From contig NC_091287.1 in the NCBI RefSeq assembly GCF_032444005.1, positions 42,470,001 to 42,534,000 on the forward strand: a stretch of DNA of 64,000 bases. The letters are read 5' to 3'. The notes below the pieces were generated by a model that was not told the origin of the DNA, did no database searches, and was given only the letters and a program-made list of their open reading frames with translations. A program made the position numbers and the translations under genes. Below are positions 23,274 through 36,552 of this stretch, piece by piece. This DNA is from Ranitomeya imitator. Lineage: Eukaryota. Each line of letters begins with the position of its first letter. Positions within the stretch are counted from its first letter, which is position 1.

Positions 23274-23467
23274 GGCCACTTGTACACTTTCAGTATTTGG
23301 TCAGTATTTTACATCAGTATTTGTAAGTAGCAAGCAGTAATGGAACAAACATAGGAAAAGTATAATAGAAACACCTCACCACTTCTGCATTTTTCAACCA
23401 TTCCTGGTTTTGGCTTACAAATACTGATGTAAAATACTGACCAAATACTAAATGTGTGAATGCGGCC
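23274..23467. mobile_element. Harbinger-type MITE (CAGTATTTGGTCAGTATTTTACATCAG family)
   Basis: Inverted arms, TTA/TAA flanks; same family as 19109 and 29149. Confidence 0.8.
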
Positions 23468-24139
23468 TAAAGAGACAAAAAATGCATGTATTATGTTGAA
23501 TTTTATCACAAATGCTGCAGCTGGGGATCAAATGTTTACTTTAAAATTATAATATTGAGTTAATTGTTGAAAGATTAAATACAATGTAGTTATTGTCACT
23601 GCTTGAAATAGGGAACCTTTCACCATGGTTCCTGTAACTTGGATAAAACCTGTTTAATTATCTGCTGCAATTTACCAAGAATGTACAACTGTCACTGGAC
23701 CAGTGAATAATTGAATCAATCTAAAGACCATAATCATTAACAATAATTATTATATTTGGTTATGAAAAAACTCATTTAACAATGGGTACATTTTTACCTG
23801 CCATTTTTACTTTATTGTATTTATTTTAATTTTTCTTTTTCAATTTATCCTGGGTCATTCTGGGTTTGGACACATTTGACAAACCAGCCAAACTAGTACT
23901 TAGCTTATTTATTTCTGTATTGGATATTCTCAATTACTAATGTTTTGTTTTCTTCAAATTCTTTGGTTGTTTTGTGTATGAGTGTAATTTACCATTATGT
24001 CAATATAATCAAAGCTGAATAAAGAGTTTACCATGTGTGTGCATTTTGTTTTACCATGCATATTTTTTTAATGCCAACAAACTCAATTTGTGCTTGGAAA
24101 GCCAGTGATAAATATCACCTGCAAAGAGTTTGCACACAC

Positions 24140-24176
<37 letters not shown>
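24140..24176. repeat. (TA)n microsatellite
   Basis: Direct observation. Confidence 0.95.
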
Positions 24177-24178
<2 letters not shown>

Positions 24179-26230
24179 GTATGTGTATAAAAAGTCTGTA
24201 TTTGTAGGTAGATCATTGCTAACTCTGATTCTTGTGTGATTGAATTGCTCCTCCCTCATGTTTGTATTCAGTCATGTGGAAAAAAAAATCACGTCTTAAT
24301 TTAAATATATGCATTAGGGTAAATTATAATGTAAATGCTATTTATCTCTCTCCTGCCCTGCGATCATTACGAACTACAGGGCCTTTTATAGAGTAACAAT
24401 TGTGATATTCCTTCTTCATGTATAACACAATTGCACATGGAATCGCAAAGACATAAATATCCTCTTCCAACCAATTTACTGTCCTCATATGTTGTAGAAG
24501 TTCTATAATAAATCAGATTAAATAAATAACCTTAGAAATAATGCAGGTGGCTAAGAGCTAATCATCCTCTGGTTTCTTCTTATCATGTACAAATAGTGAG
24601 TCTCTAAACATTTACAATGTTGTCATTTCATTCATTGATTTGATGTTAAATTCCCCCTTGGATGTTGTCTTGATATTATCTTTCTATCTTGATATAAACT
24701 GCTGTATATTCTCATTATTAGTTACTATTTGTATATCACTAGTTGCATTAGGTATGGTGTTTTTGTTTAGGTCTTATCTCCATAAAGCTGATTTCTATGT
24801 AGTTGCCTTGTTCTGTGTGTGGGGTAGGCTCCTGTGCTGGCAGGGGTTGGGGTGCTGTCCAGTTACCGGTTAATTAGCTGTACTGCTAATTTTCTTTACA
24901 CTTCCAACTTGGTAATGATGAGTTCCTTTATTTCCTTTCTTGGCCCTGGCTTGTTTTCTAACATCATCCGTTCTTTAAAATAAAAAAAATAAAAAAATAA
25001 AAAAACATGCTGGAACTTGGTAAATTATGTAACATTACACCCAGACTATAATTCTGGTTATTTATAGCCTAATGACAACTGTGACATCGTACAGAACTAA
25101 TTCTATTACTCATCTCATGATGTGTGTTATTCATAGGTCTTGTCTCATGTCTCTTCAGATATAAATGTATGTGAGATATGTGTACAGGTCTGTCCTTTAC
25201 TATTCTGAAAATAGATTGTAAATACTGTTTGGCTGGCCTTAGTGATTCAGATGAAATAAAAGTGGATATTGCTGTTTAGCAGTTTCTCAGTCCTCTTATC
25301 GATCGGTAATGGTTTCTTAAATACAGATTGTAATTTAATTTATAGTTATGTGAAAAGATGTAGTCGGCTTTGCTGAAGCCCAATTGTAGACACACAATAG
25401 TGTAAGCAAGAACATGTCACTGCGTTCTGTGAGTGAATGTACAGAGGCATCGCTATTGTTTGCTTGTCAAGTGATATAAAGTATGAATGGATACATATAT
25501 GGTGTATGAATGGATACATATATGGTGTATGAATATTACTAAGCAGTGGATGCATAGATTTATATAAATATATATGTCTGCATATACTGTGTATTTGTCT
25601 ATATATGTTGTGTGAATGTGTTCATACCTCTATGACAGGACAGGGGTTAACACTGTACGTCAGGTGGGTTGGCTCGTATAGATGGGGGGCTGTGGGTGGG
25701 CACATGCAGCCTGATGTTTGGATCTTAGTTGTGACTTGTTAGTAGGTGATTGTGAAGAGGAATGTGTGTCCCTAGTTGTGGGCGGCTGCATGCAGTGCCA
25801 GGAGCTGTACCTTGTGTGCATGTTGGTCTTGCTGTAAATGGCCTCTCATTAGCGCTGACACTGGGGGAAACTGCTCATTTACCAGTGTTACAGATAAGGT
25901 ATCAGCAGCACAGCTCTAGTAATGGCAGCGGAACACAGATGAATGTAGGCTTCACAATGGGAACACACTGCAAGAGATGCTGCACCTGGTATCCCTGGTT
26001 CCCTTTTTAGGGTACCATTATTTCATTTGCTTTGGATTAATAAACCATTCATGTGAAAGAACCTTGCCAATCTTATGTTTCTTTAGCTTGTTTATTTATT
26101 CTAAATGTTTATTATTTTAATGGGTGAAATTAAAATTTCTATACACATTTGTCACTGTGTTCTATTGATGAAGATGACGATTCTTGTATCTTGTGACCTA
26201 ATTGATCCCTGCATGTTTGTGTTGATCTAG

Positions 26231-26342
26231 ATGACACAGTGTTTCAGCACATCCCCCCATGTCACATAAAAGAGTGTCAGGCTGCAGCTACTATGTTTAT
26301 ACTTGAAGCAGTGAGGAACACTATAGACAGAGCAGCTCTCAG
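26231..26342 (+). CDS. COMMD3: COMMD3 exon 2 (DDTVFQHIPPCHIKECQAAATMFILEAVRNTIDRAALS)
   Basis: AG/GT bounded, 112 nt, phase 1->2, matches COMMD3 HCHAAAATYILEA. Confidence 0.93.
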
Positions 26343-26446
26343 GTATAATGTCTGCATATACATAATTTTTCTTTGGGGAAGGAGGGGGGGAATAAAAAAT
26401 TATATTTTCATCCTTTTGTGTCTTCATATTGCTCATGTTCCAACAG

Positions 26447-26510
26447 CACATTCCTGGAGGACTGCAAATTCGATAAGGAGAGGACAGAGCATTTCTGGAC
26501 AGAATACCAG
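26447..26510 (+). CDS. COMMD3: COMMD3 exon 3 (TFLEDCKFDKERTEHFWTEYQ)
   Basis: 64 nt, AG/GT, matches TYLEDCKFDRERIELFCTEYQ. Confidence 0.94.
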
Positions 26511-26608
26511 GTTCATTGTGCTGTTGCATTTGGTTACTTTTATTAGGCTGTTATATTTGTTTCTCATATATTTAGTGCATCAATTAATCAGTCTGTGCTA
26601 TTTTCCAG

Positions 26609-26643
26609 AAACACAGAGAGTCACTAGAAATTCTACTAGAAAA
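26609..26643 (+). CDS. COMMD3: COMMD3 exon 4 (KHRESLEILLE)
   Basis: 35 nt, TTCCAG|...|GTGAGT, matches SLEILL. Confidence 0.92.
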
Positions 26644-26751
26644 GTGAGTGTCTTCTAACTGCAGAACGAGCTCAGGCATCACGTATCTCTATACAGATTG
26701 GCTTTAGATTTCAGTTATATTATTCTAACTAGTGAATGTTTGTTTACCCAG

Positions 26752-26812
26752 CATTGGTAGAACTCCCCCACATGTGTCGGATGTTTCCTGGCGTCTTGCT
26801 TATGAAATAAAG
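26752..26812 (+). CDS. COMMD3: COMMD3 exon 5 (NIGRTPPHVSDVSWRLAYEIK), start of COMM domain
   Basis: 61 nt, conserved D-V-S-W-R-L motif. Confidence 0.95.
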
Positions 26813-26917
26813 GTGATTGTGTGGTGTATGTGTGTGTAAATATATATAAATATATATAATAAATACATTAATGCAATCACACATATATGGTAACTAAACA
26901 GTTGGTTTTCTCTACAG

Positions 26918-26974
26918 ACTAATCAGTTGTACAAAACTCACCGACCTTCCTACTTGGTGAAATTTAATTTAGAG
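26918..26974 (+). CDS. COMMD3: COMMD3 exon 6 (TNQLYKTHRPSYLVKFNLE)
   Basis: 57 nt, phase 0, matches TNQLHRMYRPAYLVTL. Confidence 0.93.
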
Positions 26975-27057
26975 GTAAAAATAGTTTCTTCTGGAATTTG
27001 TAATATTGTTTAATTCTCAAAAATGTTTCCTTAAAACTTGCTTTATGTTTTTTTTAG

Positions 27058-27117
27058 TCTCCAGATACAAGCCAAGCCAAGGACATTAGCTTTAATTGCT
27101 CTATGGAGCAATTACAG
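27058..27117 (+). CDS. COMMD3: COMMD3 exon 7 (SPDTSQAKDISFNCSMEQLQ)
   Basis: 60 nt, matches EISFSCSMEQLQ. Confidence 0.94.
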
Positions 27118-27896
27118 GTATATTTAAACTTGGATATCTTATGTCTGCAAAATGAGTATTCGTGATAAATTTTCACAGTATAGACCCAACTAAGAAAGAA
27201 AAATAAGATAAAGCTGATCATTATAGTGAGACAATTATATAATCCGTGGCTTTTAAACTTCCATGCCTGTAGACTCTGTGCACCTGATAAGATTCCTTAA
27301 ATACCAGGTAATCTATCAAGGTTTGCTGTTTGTCAAGAATGTGATGTATTTATTAAAGCCTAGTACATGGCTATGAGCAGCGCCAGAGATGATAGAATAT
27401 ATGTCCTTGATTGATTACATTACTTGCCATTGTAGAAACTTGTGGCTGGACTGCACAGTTGCCTCGGCTTTGTAACTTTATCTCACCAGGGTTTTACATT
27501 ATTACTAAAGTTCTGAAGTGTATCATTATTATTTCCCTAATATGGGTTCCTCAAACTTGTTTCATTAATTATTACTTGATGTTTTTTGTTAAGAGTTTGG
27601 TTCAGCTACAACACTGTGGGAATTATCAAATCCAATAGTGTGAAGAAGCCGGCTTCATTTTGACCATCATGTGGAATTGATGATGCCGTTTTTCTTTCAA
27701 CCAGAGCCAGGGATAGATCCAACAATTAGGAAAAAGTGGAAATACTTCTCTCTTTTGTGTTTGCATGAAAAACTGCTTTCAGCTATGATCGCAGATAAAT
27801 ATGATTTTATTGTCAGTAATTACACATATTAAATGCATGTGTTCATATGTGTATATAATTGATTTCTGTGTCTAATGCTCTTTTGCTGTTTTGTAG

Positions 27897-27956
27897 GATT
27901 TGGTAGGGAAACTTAAAGATGCAGCCAAAGGTTTGGAAAGGACATCTCAGATGTGA
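27897..27956 (+). CDS. COMMD3: COMMD3 exon 8 coding part (DLVGKLKDAAKGLERTSQM*); total CDS 594 nt = 197 aa
   Basis: Matches DLVGKLKDASKSLERATQL*; AATAAA at 28213 and 28424 downstream. Confidence 0.95.
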   Translation, partial: DLVGKLKDAAKGLERTSQM

Positions 27957-29148
27957 CAGCAGAATCTCCCAAATCCACAGAAGAAATTAATTTTGTTACA
28001 TATGGACTATTGTTGCATTCCATGATGCTGGCATCCTACATACCATACTGTCCAACTTTACATTCTGAATACTAATATCTACTGTCTACTAATTCCATTT
28101 TGTGAAGCATTTGCTAATGACAGTTTCCTGCAGATATGGTTCACCTAAACCTAAATCCCTCCCAGAATGGATATATTCTGTCTATATTTTGTATGTCATT
28201 TGTCAGCACAAAAATAAATATTATGATGAAAGCAGATTTTGTGGTTTATTGTATTTCTCCCCTAGCTCAGTTGATATTTATCAGTGGTGCCATATAAATC
28301 AATTACCAAACCTCTTGTGGTGTCATTCAGTGTATGTGAAGCACAGATGCATGCATAGGGTAATGCAGCAGTCCCGATGGCTGTGGAAACTCTTAATGCA
28401 GCACAAGCTGAAGAAAATACTGTAATAAAAAAAAAAGACTACGAGCTAAACAATTATCTTTCCTATTTTTCTTTGTAGCCATAGTGAAATATTGCACAGA
28501 AATGCTATAAATACATTCTATATACTGAAACCCAAAACAAACTCTATCCCATTCTTAACACACATGCAGGATTTATACGAAAAACTAATATCCTGGATTA
28601 TACTGGAATAATAACTAACGATATTACTGTACTAAGTATATTAAAAAGTAATTTATAGTCAATATTCTGTTGTTCCGTTTCATTCTGAAACTTAAATGCT
28701 ATTGTTGCATATGTGCTTTCTACCTAGGGGAATGGAGTAAAGTCAGAAATATCTGTAGCTATAAAACAATATAACTTCTAGTGAATTAGCGGGGAAAGCT
28801 TCTACAATATACACAGAGAGTGGCTGAGATGCGAGCTGCCTCATTCGTGTTCTTCTGTAATCCACAATACTCCCCCCACAGTGGGGCACACATTCCTGCC
28901 TCTGCACAGCCCTGTGCCCTGGACGGGCGGTGCTTTGTTCAGGGGGTCACAGACCACCAGCAACCACCCTAGGCAGAAGAAGCAGTGAGATCGCAGCTCT
29001 GTGTGCTGAAGAGAGATCTGGGATCCAGTAGAAGAATTTCATCCTTTCCTAGAGCAATAAATCCTTTGTCCTGCCATGGAATTATATAACTATATGCACA
29101 TTTGGAAAGTTAGAGGGATATATAAATTATTCTGAAAAATTCGTCTAA

Positions 29149-29343
29149 GGCCACATTCACACTAGCAGTATTTGGTCAGTATTTTACATCAGTGTTTGTA
29201 AGACAAAACCAAGAGTGGGTGATAAATGTAAAAGTGGTGCTTATGTGTCTATTAGATTTTTCCTCTGATTGTTCCATTCCTGATTTTGGCTTACAAATAC
29301 TGATGTAAAATACTGACCAAATACTGAACGTGAGAACAAAGCC
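29149..29343. mobile_element. Harbinger-type MITE, TSD TAA/TAA
   Basis: GGCCACATTCACACTAGCAGTATTTGGTCAG...CTGACCAAATACTGAACGTGAGAACAAAGCC. Confidence 0.8.
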
Positions 29344-29960
29344 TAAGTGATGCATTCCTCTGTTTTACCACAACACCATATAGATTTATATAGCCATACA
29401 AATTATAAGCACTATACATAAATTCGTGATTATATATAGAGAGAGAAATAAATATTTTAATAAACAACAAAATGGTTGACTATGCGTTACAGAATAATAT
29501 GTAGATAGATACCTGGAAAGAGTCAACTAGAAATCTATGCATGGTGCAATAGCTATACGCTACACTCCTTATTGCTAAAACATTGTTACAGGTCTGAATA
29601 TAGACATACAGCTCTTCGATGTTCTCCTCCTGCAATTATGTATACATACTATATATAGTAGTTCTCCTTCATGAATGTGAACACTCTACTTCTCATTATT
29701 TCCATTTGCTGTGCACAATACAGAACTAAATCTGTGTAGATAGCTGTATAGTTCTTCTTGCCATAGACACATACAATGCTGCTCTTCGCCCCATACAGCA
29801 CATATGCCCAACAGTCATTAAAGGTATCATCATCCTATTATTATTATTATTATTATTGTTCTCACATAATGGGGTAATAGCCCTGCAGTGTGATATCGCG
29901 ACAACTGCAAGAAGGCACACGACTATGAACATCTATGCAGCTTCTGCTGTACCTAGCTGG

Positions 29961-29962
<2 letters not shown>

Positions 29963-30019
<57 letters not shown>
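29963..30019. repeat. (TA)n microsatellite
   Basis: Direct observation. Confidence 0.95.
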
Positions 30020-30022
<3 letters not shown>

Positions 30023-31499
30023 TATCTGTACCTACACCTTTAGTTGGATCAGTTTCCTGCAGTATCCATACATCAGAGCACTCTGCAGCTCGACTTGCTC
30101 TCTCCATATAATTCGTGCACCCTAGTTAGCACACTATGGATATGTAGTATACTGCAGGTATACGTCTAGTTACCAGGCTTCACATATTCATGGAGCGTCT
30201 GGCTGTAATTTCATTGTGGTTAGTATACTGTGGGTATATACACTTTTGAGTCTGATTTGCCCACAGCTTGTTCCAGTGCCAATGCTTTACCCTACTGTTA
30301 TCCATACAGGCTTCTCTGTGCAGTTATATCTGCATCCATCATCACTACACTGGCTGGATATTATAGTAATTAGGGGCACCGAGGTCTTTTCTCTCTAGTA
30401 CAACTGCATAATCCGGTCCCTGCACGGCAAGGCTGTCGGTGCATTTATACAGCACACAGCGTCACATCTAGTTATAGAAAAGCGTGTACATTTCTTGAAG
30501 ACTAGTCCCTGTCCTATCATTCTGTCTGCATACAATTAGTACTGTCGGTGCGTCTATAGGAAGCTCGTCCAATTATTCTCTACACACTGTGCAAACCAGG
30601 TACTTTATTGTGCGCATAGACCGTATTACAGTACTTTAGTCAATGCATAAAAAATATCTCTGCACTCATCTATACACGGGGTATACATTTACCTCTCCAG
30701 TTAGTCCATTGTGGGTATATCGCTTATGTAGACTATAATTATAGCTAAATATCCACTAACTATACATTACATCAATATAATTAGCGAGTACGCTGTACTT
30801 TTACGTGTATATGTCTGATAAATATATATATAAACACACATTTATGTGTTTATACCTTTAATCTTACTCTAATTGCGCTGAGAATACGTCACTGAACCTT
30901 TGGTAACCGCATCGGTCAATCAATTAATACGCGCGGTGTATACACGCCCCTCCACCACCTGCGCTATTGCTGTATGTAGACTTCTAGGTTTCTCACTGGG
31001 AGTTGAATACATCTGTCATTGCAGCCAGCAAACACAGGGACCTCCTAAAGACGTTACTAGGGCTGCGATGAAGATTTCTGTTCATGTATGTCTCCAGCGA
31101 GACGTATGATATATGTATACATATATATACCGCACGCGAAATATATCACGACTACAAACCTGTGCACACTTCAGTCTGTCACGACACGGCTCCACCAGTG
31201 TTGGCTTCTGCTCTGTATATACATTTCTGTTCTGTCTCCAGCTAGATTTACTTCATTATTTTCTTGTTACTAGATATGTGTGACATTGTCTCTCACGCAT
31301 GAATCTATATCTCCGCAATCCTATTCCATACCGAAAATTAATCAACTTGGCGTCTATATGTGTATATATATGAAATATAGGTGGCTGAATACACCCAGAT
31401 ATATATGTCGGGTCATCAAATAGAAATTCATCCACTCCCAATGCCTCCTTGGATCACGTCTTCATAGGTGATAAGTTAATAACAATAATTTGTGGTGAT

Positions 31500-31654
31500 N
31501 NNNNNNNNNNNNNNNNNNNNNNNNNNNNNNNNNNNNNNNNNNNNNNNNNNNNNNNNNNNNNNNNNNNNNNNNNNNNNNNNNNNNNNNNNNNNNNNNNNNN
31601 NNNNNNNNNNNNNNNNNNNNNNNNNNNNNNNNNNNNNNNNNNNNNNNNNNNNNN
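31500..31654. other. Assembly gap (155 N)
   Basis: Run of N. Confidence 1.
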
Positions 31655-31819
31655 GGAATGTGAAATTATACAATAGTGTCTGGCACATATGTGCACAGTA
31701 GCTGAGTACATGCAGTAGATCCCACGGGTGTGCACACCGTGCATGTATGATGAGAAGCGTGCGCACAGCAGTGTGTGGAGCCGATGTGAGTGTGCACAGT
31801 GTGTACACTAATTCCCAGG

Positions 31820-31880
31820 CCGCCCTTAAGGAATGAGACCACGTGACGTTGCGGGGCGGGCGGACTCTGAGCCATTTTGG
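31820..31880 (+). promoter_or_regulatory. BMI1 core promoter cluster: E-box CACGTG (31840-31845), CRE half-site TGACGT, GC boxes, YY1-like GCCATTTT (31871-31878)
   Basis: Motifs read directly at the 5' edge of a CpG island. MYC E-box control of mammalian BMI1 is established. Confidence 0.65.
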
Positions 31881-32358
31881 GGACGGTGTCAGTTTGCAGT
31901 GTGAGGCTCCAGCGAGCAGAGTGTCCGGGCAGTCGGGGAGCGAGTCTGGAGAGCGGTTCTGCGAAATCGGGGCACCGTGTTGGGAGAGAAAGAATCGCTG
32001 CAGCCGGGCCAGACTGTGCACAAGGAGGAGAGGGAGCAGCGTGCACAGAAGCAGGCAGCAGGCGGCCAGGACAAAGCGCCGAACATGGTGTAATCTGCCC
32101 GGATCCGGCGACAGGAGGCGGCATCGCTTGCACGGTTGCAGAGCGCAGGAAGCCGGGGAGGTATCAGGGGACCTCCCACCCTCTGTTTGGCTTTGGCTGG
32201 AGAAGGGGGGATGAACGCAGTCCCTGCACTGACAGCGTCTGCAGATCAGCTCAAGATGGCCGCCCCTGGGCTGCTGCTCATCCGCTGAGCGCCCCCCCGG
32301 ACACCGCATTGTCCCCGGACCCCCCAGCAACAGCAGCCACCCCAAAGAGAAGCTCACG
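31880..32358 (+). other. BMI1: BMI1 non-coding exon 1 (start approximate), donor CACG|GTACGT at 32358/32359
   Basis: CpG island 4 kb upstream of the coding exons. TGACAGCGTCTGCAG...CAAGATGGCCGC resembles the human BMI1 5'UTR as recalled. Confidence 0.65.
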
Positions 32359-35300
32359 GTACGTGCTTGGTGCGCTCTCGGCGCCTTCATCTGTGGGGGG
32401 TTGGTATATGTGCTGGCGGAGGGGGGAGAGTGGGTGTTTGTCTGGTTGTACGTAAATAAAGAGGAGGGGGAGTGATGGGGGTGGGGTGTGAATGTTGGAA
32501 TTCGGTAAAGGGGTTATACACAGGTAGTTGAGGGGAGCAGAGGGTGTTTGGGGGGTGGTGTGGGCAGAGGGGAGCACGTGAGAGCAGAGGTGCCATCGTC
32601 TGATTGCTCATGTGCTGCCCAATCTCAGACTGTAACCTCTGTATGTAGACTGCCCCCTCTCCTCCTACCCCATGTCAGCATGCCCCCACCCCTTATAACC
32701 TATGCCATACCTTTCACCCTGCACCCCTTTCCCCCCGATGGAGGTTCTGTATACCTTCACTATGATCTAGTGGAGAGGTGACTGTAGGGGGTTGTCTGGG
32801 TATAGAGGACTAATGTGCACAATTGTGAATCTTTTATGTATAGAACAGGTTGCAATATGAGTTTGGTCTCGATTTGCCATGTGCCCTGGTAATTTAGTCA
32901 CTCGAATACTATGTACACATTTGTATGGTCTGTGTGATAGATATTTGTTTAATCACGACTGCCTAAGTGATACAGAGATGCCTTTTCTTGTGATTGTGTG
33001 AATAGTTGGGTCCTGTACATGCTTTGTGCTGCTTGCTATTGCTTGGTGTTTCAGCCCTGCTGGTTTGGGTTCTGAAGTTTTTGACATTAAATCACCACCA
33101 CTGGCAGGGAGGCTTTGTTGGCCTTCCCTTGGTCACTTGTCTGGAACTTGGATTTACAAAAACAACAACTGGGAAACGTAAACATTTTGAGTTCAAATAA
33201 AACCTCTGAAGACACATAGTTAATTGTCTTGATCCTACGTTGCACTGTGGTCCAGAGAGCAACAACTTGAGTGATGACTCCACCTAACATACCTTATGCA
33301 TTCTAACTGGAGCATTTGTCGGGTGTTGCAGGGGTGTCTTAAAGCAAGCATGAGCTTTTCTACCTGTGGAATCATATCTCTACAAACAAAGCTTCTTATA
33401 TCTGAGTGATTTAAGAGTTTTATTCACATATTTAGATAGAAGTTTATTTTAAATATGTATATATACCTTGGAGAAATACTCAATAGAAAACTTTCCTAGC
33501 CATTTCTACCACAGGGTCGTAATAACTTCAGTGGGTGTGTGTATGAAGAATATAGATTGCATACCATTCTGCACTCTAACCCTTTGGATGTTCAGCTCAT
33601 TATACAAAGAACTTATGTAATCTACCCATACTGTTTATGTTAAAATAGGCCCTTTAGAAACTTTTTTGTATTTAACATTTTGTAATTTCTGCATATAGCG
33701 TTGTCTGCATCTTGTGGATTTTTGTGTATAGCAATATCTAGAGAAATACATATAATGTATTGGTCTGTCACTTTTCTAATGTATACATGTACTTTCCAAC
33801 CTGACACCTGATGAAGCTGCCATGTCATTGTGTGATATCAGTATGTCCATGTCTCCTATGAAAAGATGATTTAGTGTGTGTGTGTGTGTGTTTATAGCTA
33901 ATTTAGCAAACGTTCTTGTATATGGTATAGTTTAGAAATCATGCCAAATGAGTACATGGAGCCTGGACTGAGAGGATAGATTTAGCTGTGGTGATCATGG
34001 TAACAGGTGTACTTCGCAAGTGATGTAACGATAGGATTTTTTTAGGATACACTTTGATCCTATGATTATTGTTAGGGGAATCGTGATAATACTACTATTC
34101 TATTAGCATGTTGCAATTTATTTGTAAAAGTAATATATTTGATGCCACTAATTTAGGTTTAGTGAATCCTATTGCCTATTATTGAAGTAATAGCCCTCGT
34201 GTAAATATAAGGCCAGTTTGCTTCTAACTTTTCATTCACCTTGAGAGTTTTGAAGAGACGATCTGACATTTAGTAACAATACAACGTTCTTATTTTATAA
34301 CAAGTACGTGCAGAAGTTGGACTCATAGATAACTAAGCCAGACCGAAAATTAAAAAAAAAAAAAAAGAAAAAAGAAAACTATAACATTATTTCCTTGGAA
34401 AGGTTGTTTGCCCAAGAACTGTGGCAATTCACCATCAAGCTGACAGCTAGTACCTCGCTTATGGTAGTGTGTGAAAGGAACATGTGCCGAGATATTGATT
34501 GCTCAGGTGACTAAGGTAACTACTTGAGTGTCAAAGAGGTGCAGGGATGGCGGCGTGTTGCCCATAGTTTCTACCTAACTTTGTATAGTACTCTTTATGG
34601 TTTTACTCTTCAACAGTTAATGTGGCTTTAATACTTTGTCGGACCTCTACTCAACAAAAACTTTCCAAATATAGGAACTGGATTCTGCATTTCACAAATG
34701 ACCATGACGTTTTATTACAAAATTATTAGTGAAATATACTCCCTTTGAGCAATAAATAACCACAATCCGACTCCTTGTGATTGTGTTGCAGTCAATTAGC
34801 TCGATTAAAAGTAAAATTCCTTGTCTGCTATTTACATTGCAAGGTCCTTGTTTCCAATTTGCCAGGACACAGTGCTCCTGGTTTGTTTCAAATGGTAATA
34901 GTTGGAACTTTTCAGAGCGGTGTTCCTTGGAATATGCAAAATGCGCAGATTATTGCGCAGATTTCTGGTTGAATATAAACAAGGTTGAGACTGACACTTC
35001 TCCGGTGCCTGCTGGATTGAACGTGGGGGATCTTCATGTATCCCCATCCTGGACTACGTGCAGGGTGGATGGAGGCTTGTGTGTGACCCCGGCACTTGGT
35101 GTGATTTTTCGCCTTCCTTCCCTCCCTCTCTGCTCTTTGTCTCTTCCCTGTATTGCGCTGGGTGCCTCTCGGTTTCTCTGCTCTCCCTCTCTCTTTTCCT
35201 CCTGTCCAGCTCTCTTTCCTCCTCCTTCCCCTCGTGTGCTCACCTCCCCCGCCTCTTGTACTTGAGATCGCTGCACTGTATTTGTTTTTCTAGATTCTCC

Positions 35301-36393
35301 GTATATTCCTAGAAGGTAAAGCTTTACTTGCTTCTAGGTGCCATCAAATCACTCAGTTGTTATACTCCTCCTATTAGGTTCGTCCTCTGGACATGTATAT
35401 GTATGTTCTCCCTCCAGCTCAGTCCTGGTTGTCAAATCATAATCAAGTTGCCCATTATGATTAGTCGCTGTCTAATATGACAAGGATAATTGTGTATAAT
35501 TGACTCTTGTGGTTCCTCCTGTCAGTAACTAGTTTTATCTGTGATTTGGCACTGTACACAAGTTGGTTGCACAAGTAGATTTACTATTATTTTGGGTTAC
35601 TGTAAAGCTATTACCAATTTGGATCCTGCATGAATATATAATTCATGAGAATTTGAGATGTTCAAAATTTGATCGAGCGCAAGGGGATTTATTGGTACCT
35701 ATAGACCCTTCAAGTTACTTGCCCCCCACTTACCAAAAAAATTTCCACGCTACCCCAACCTACAATCACAGCACCTCGTGTAACTCCACTGCTGGGTTTC
35801 CTCCCCATCTCCAGGCTGTGGCAGAATGCCAAGTGTAAGTGTAGGTTGCTATGGTAACGGAAGGATTGTAGCTTGGGCACCAGCTCACGGCAATGTGCTT
35901 CTTTCATCAATACTCTGTCTTCCTGGTTGGCAGCTCCAGAGTCTTGCTTCCTCGATCGTTTAAGGGTGGAGACTTCATATAAACCCTGCTCTGATTTTGG
36001 GGTAGACCATCTCCTTTTTCTTCTGTCTTACGTTGTGAGTACATGGAGACTTGAAGTTTACCATCACTGCTCATGTTTGTTTGTTTGTTTTGTGTTTTTT
36101 TTTTTGTGTGTGTGTGTGAAATAAGCTGTCTGGTTGGTGTCTGGTTTTGCTCTTGTATATTAAACATTCTTGGTTATGGACCTCTGAGCACTGGCTAAGT
36201 ACAAGGCTCACTTCTGTGATTCTCAATCCACTTTGAAAGTACTTGCAGTAGCTAAAATTATCTCCTATTTTCTCAAACATCGTCTATAGTAATGGAACAT
36301 TGTCTTCCCATTAGCACGTTCCATGTTCTATACAATGGCAAAATGGTGTGGGCACATTTTTGGGGGCCAGATTTACCATCTGTGACTTATTGA

Positions 36394-36552
<159 letters not shown>

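Noticed and set aside
26239-26658. 139-aa ORF running through COMMD3 intron 2
   Set aside because: Only the exon-2 part is COMMD3-like. Canonical splicing restores the proper frame, and the rest is chance read-through.
31449-32455. ORFs of 123-304 aa at the BMI1 promoter
   Set aside because: They span an N gap or GC-rich 5'UTR, and the BMI1 CDS is complete without them.
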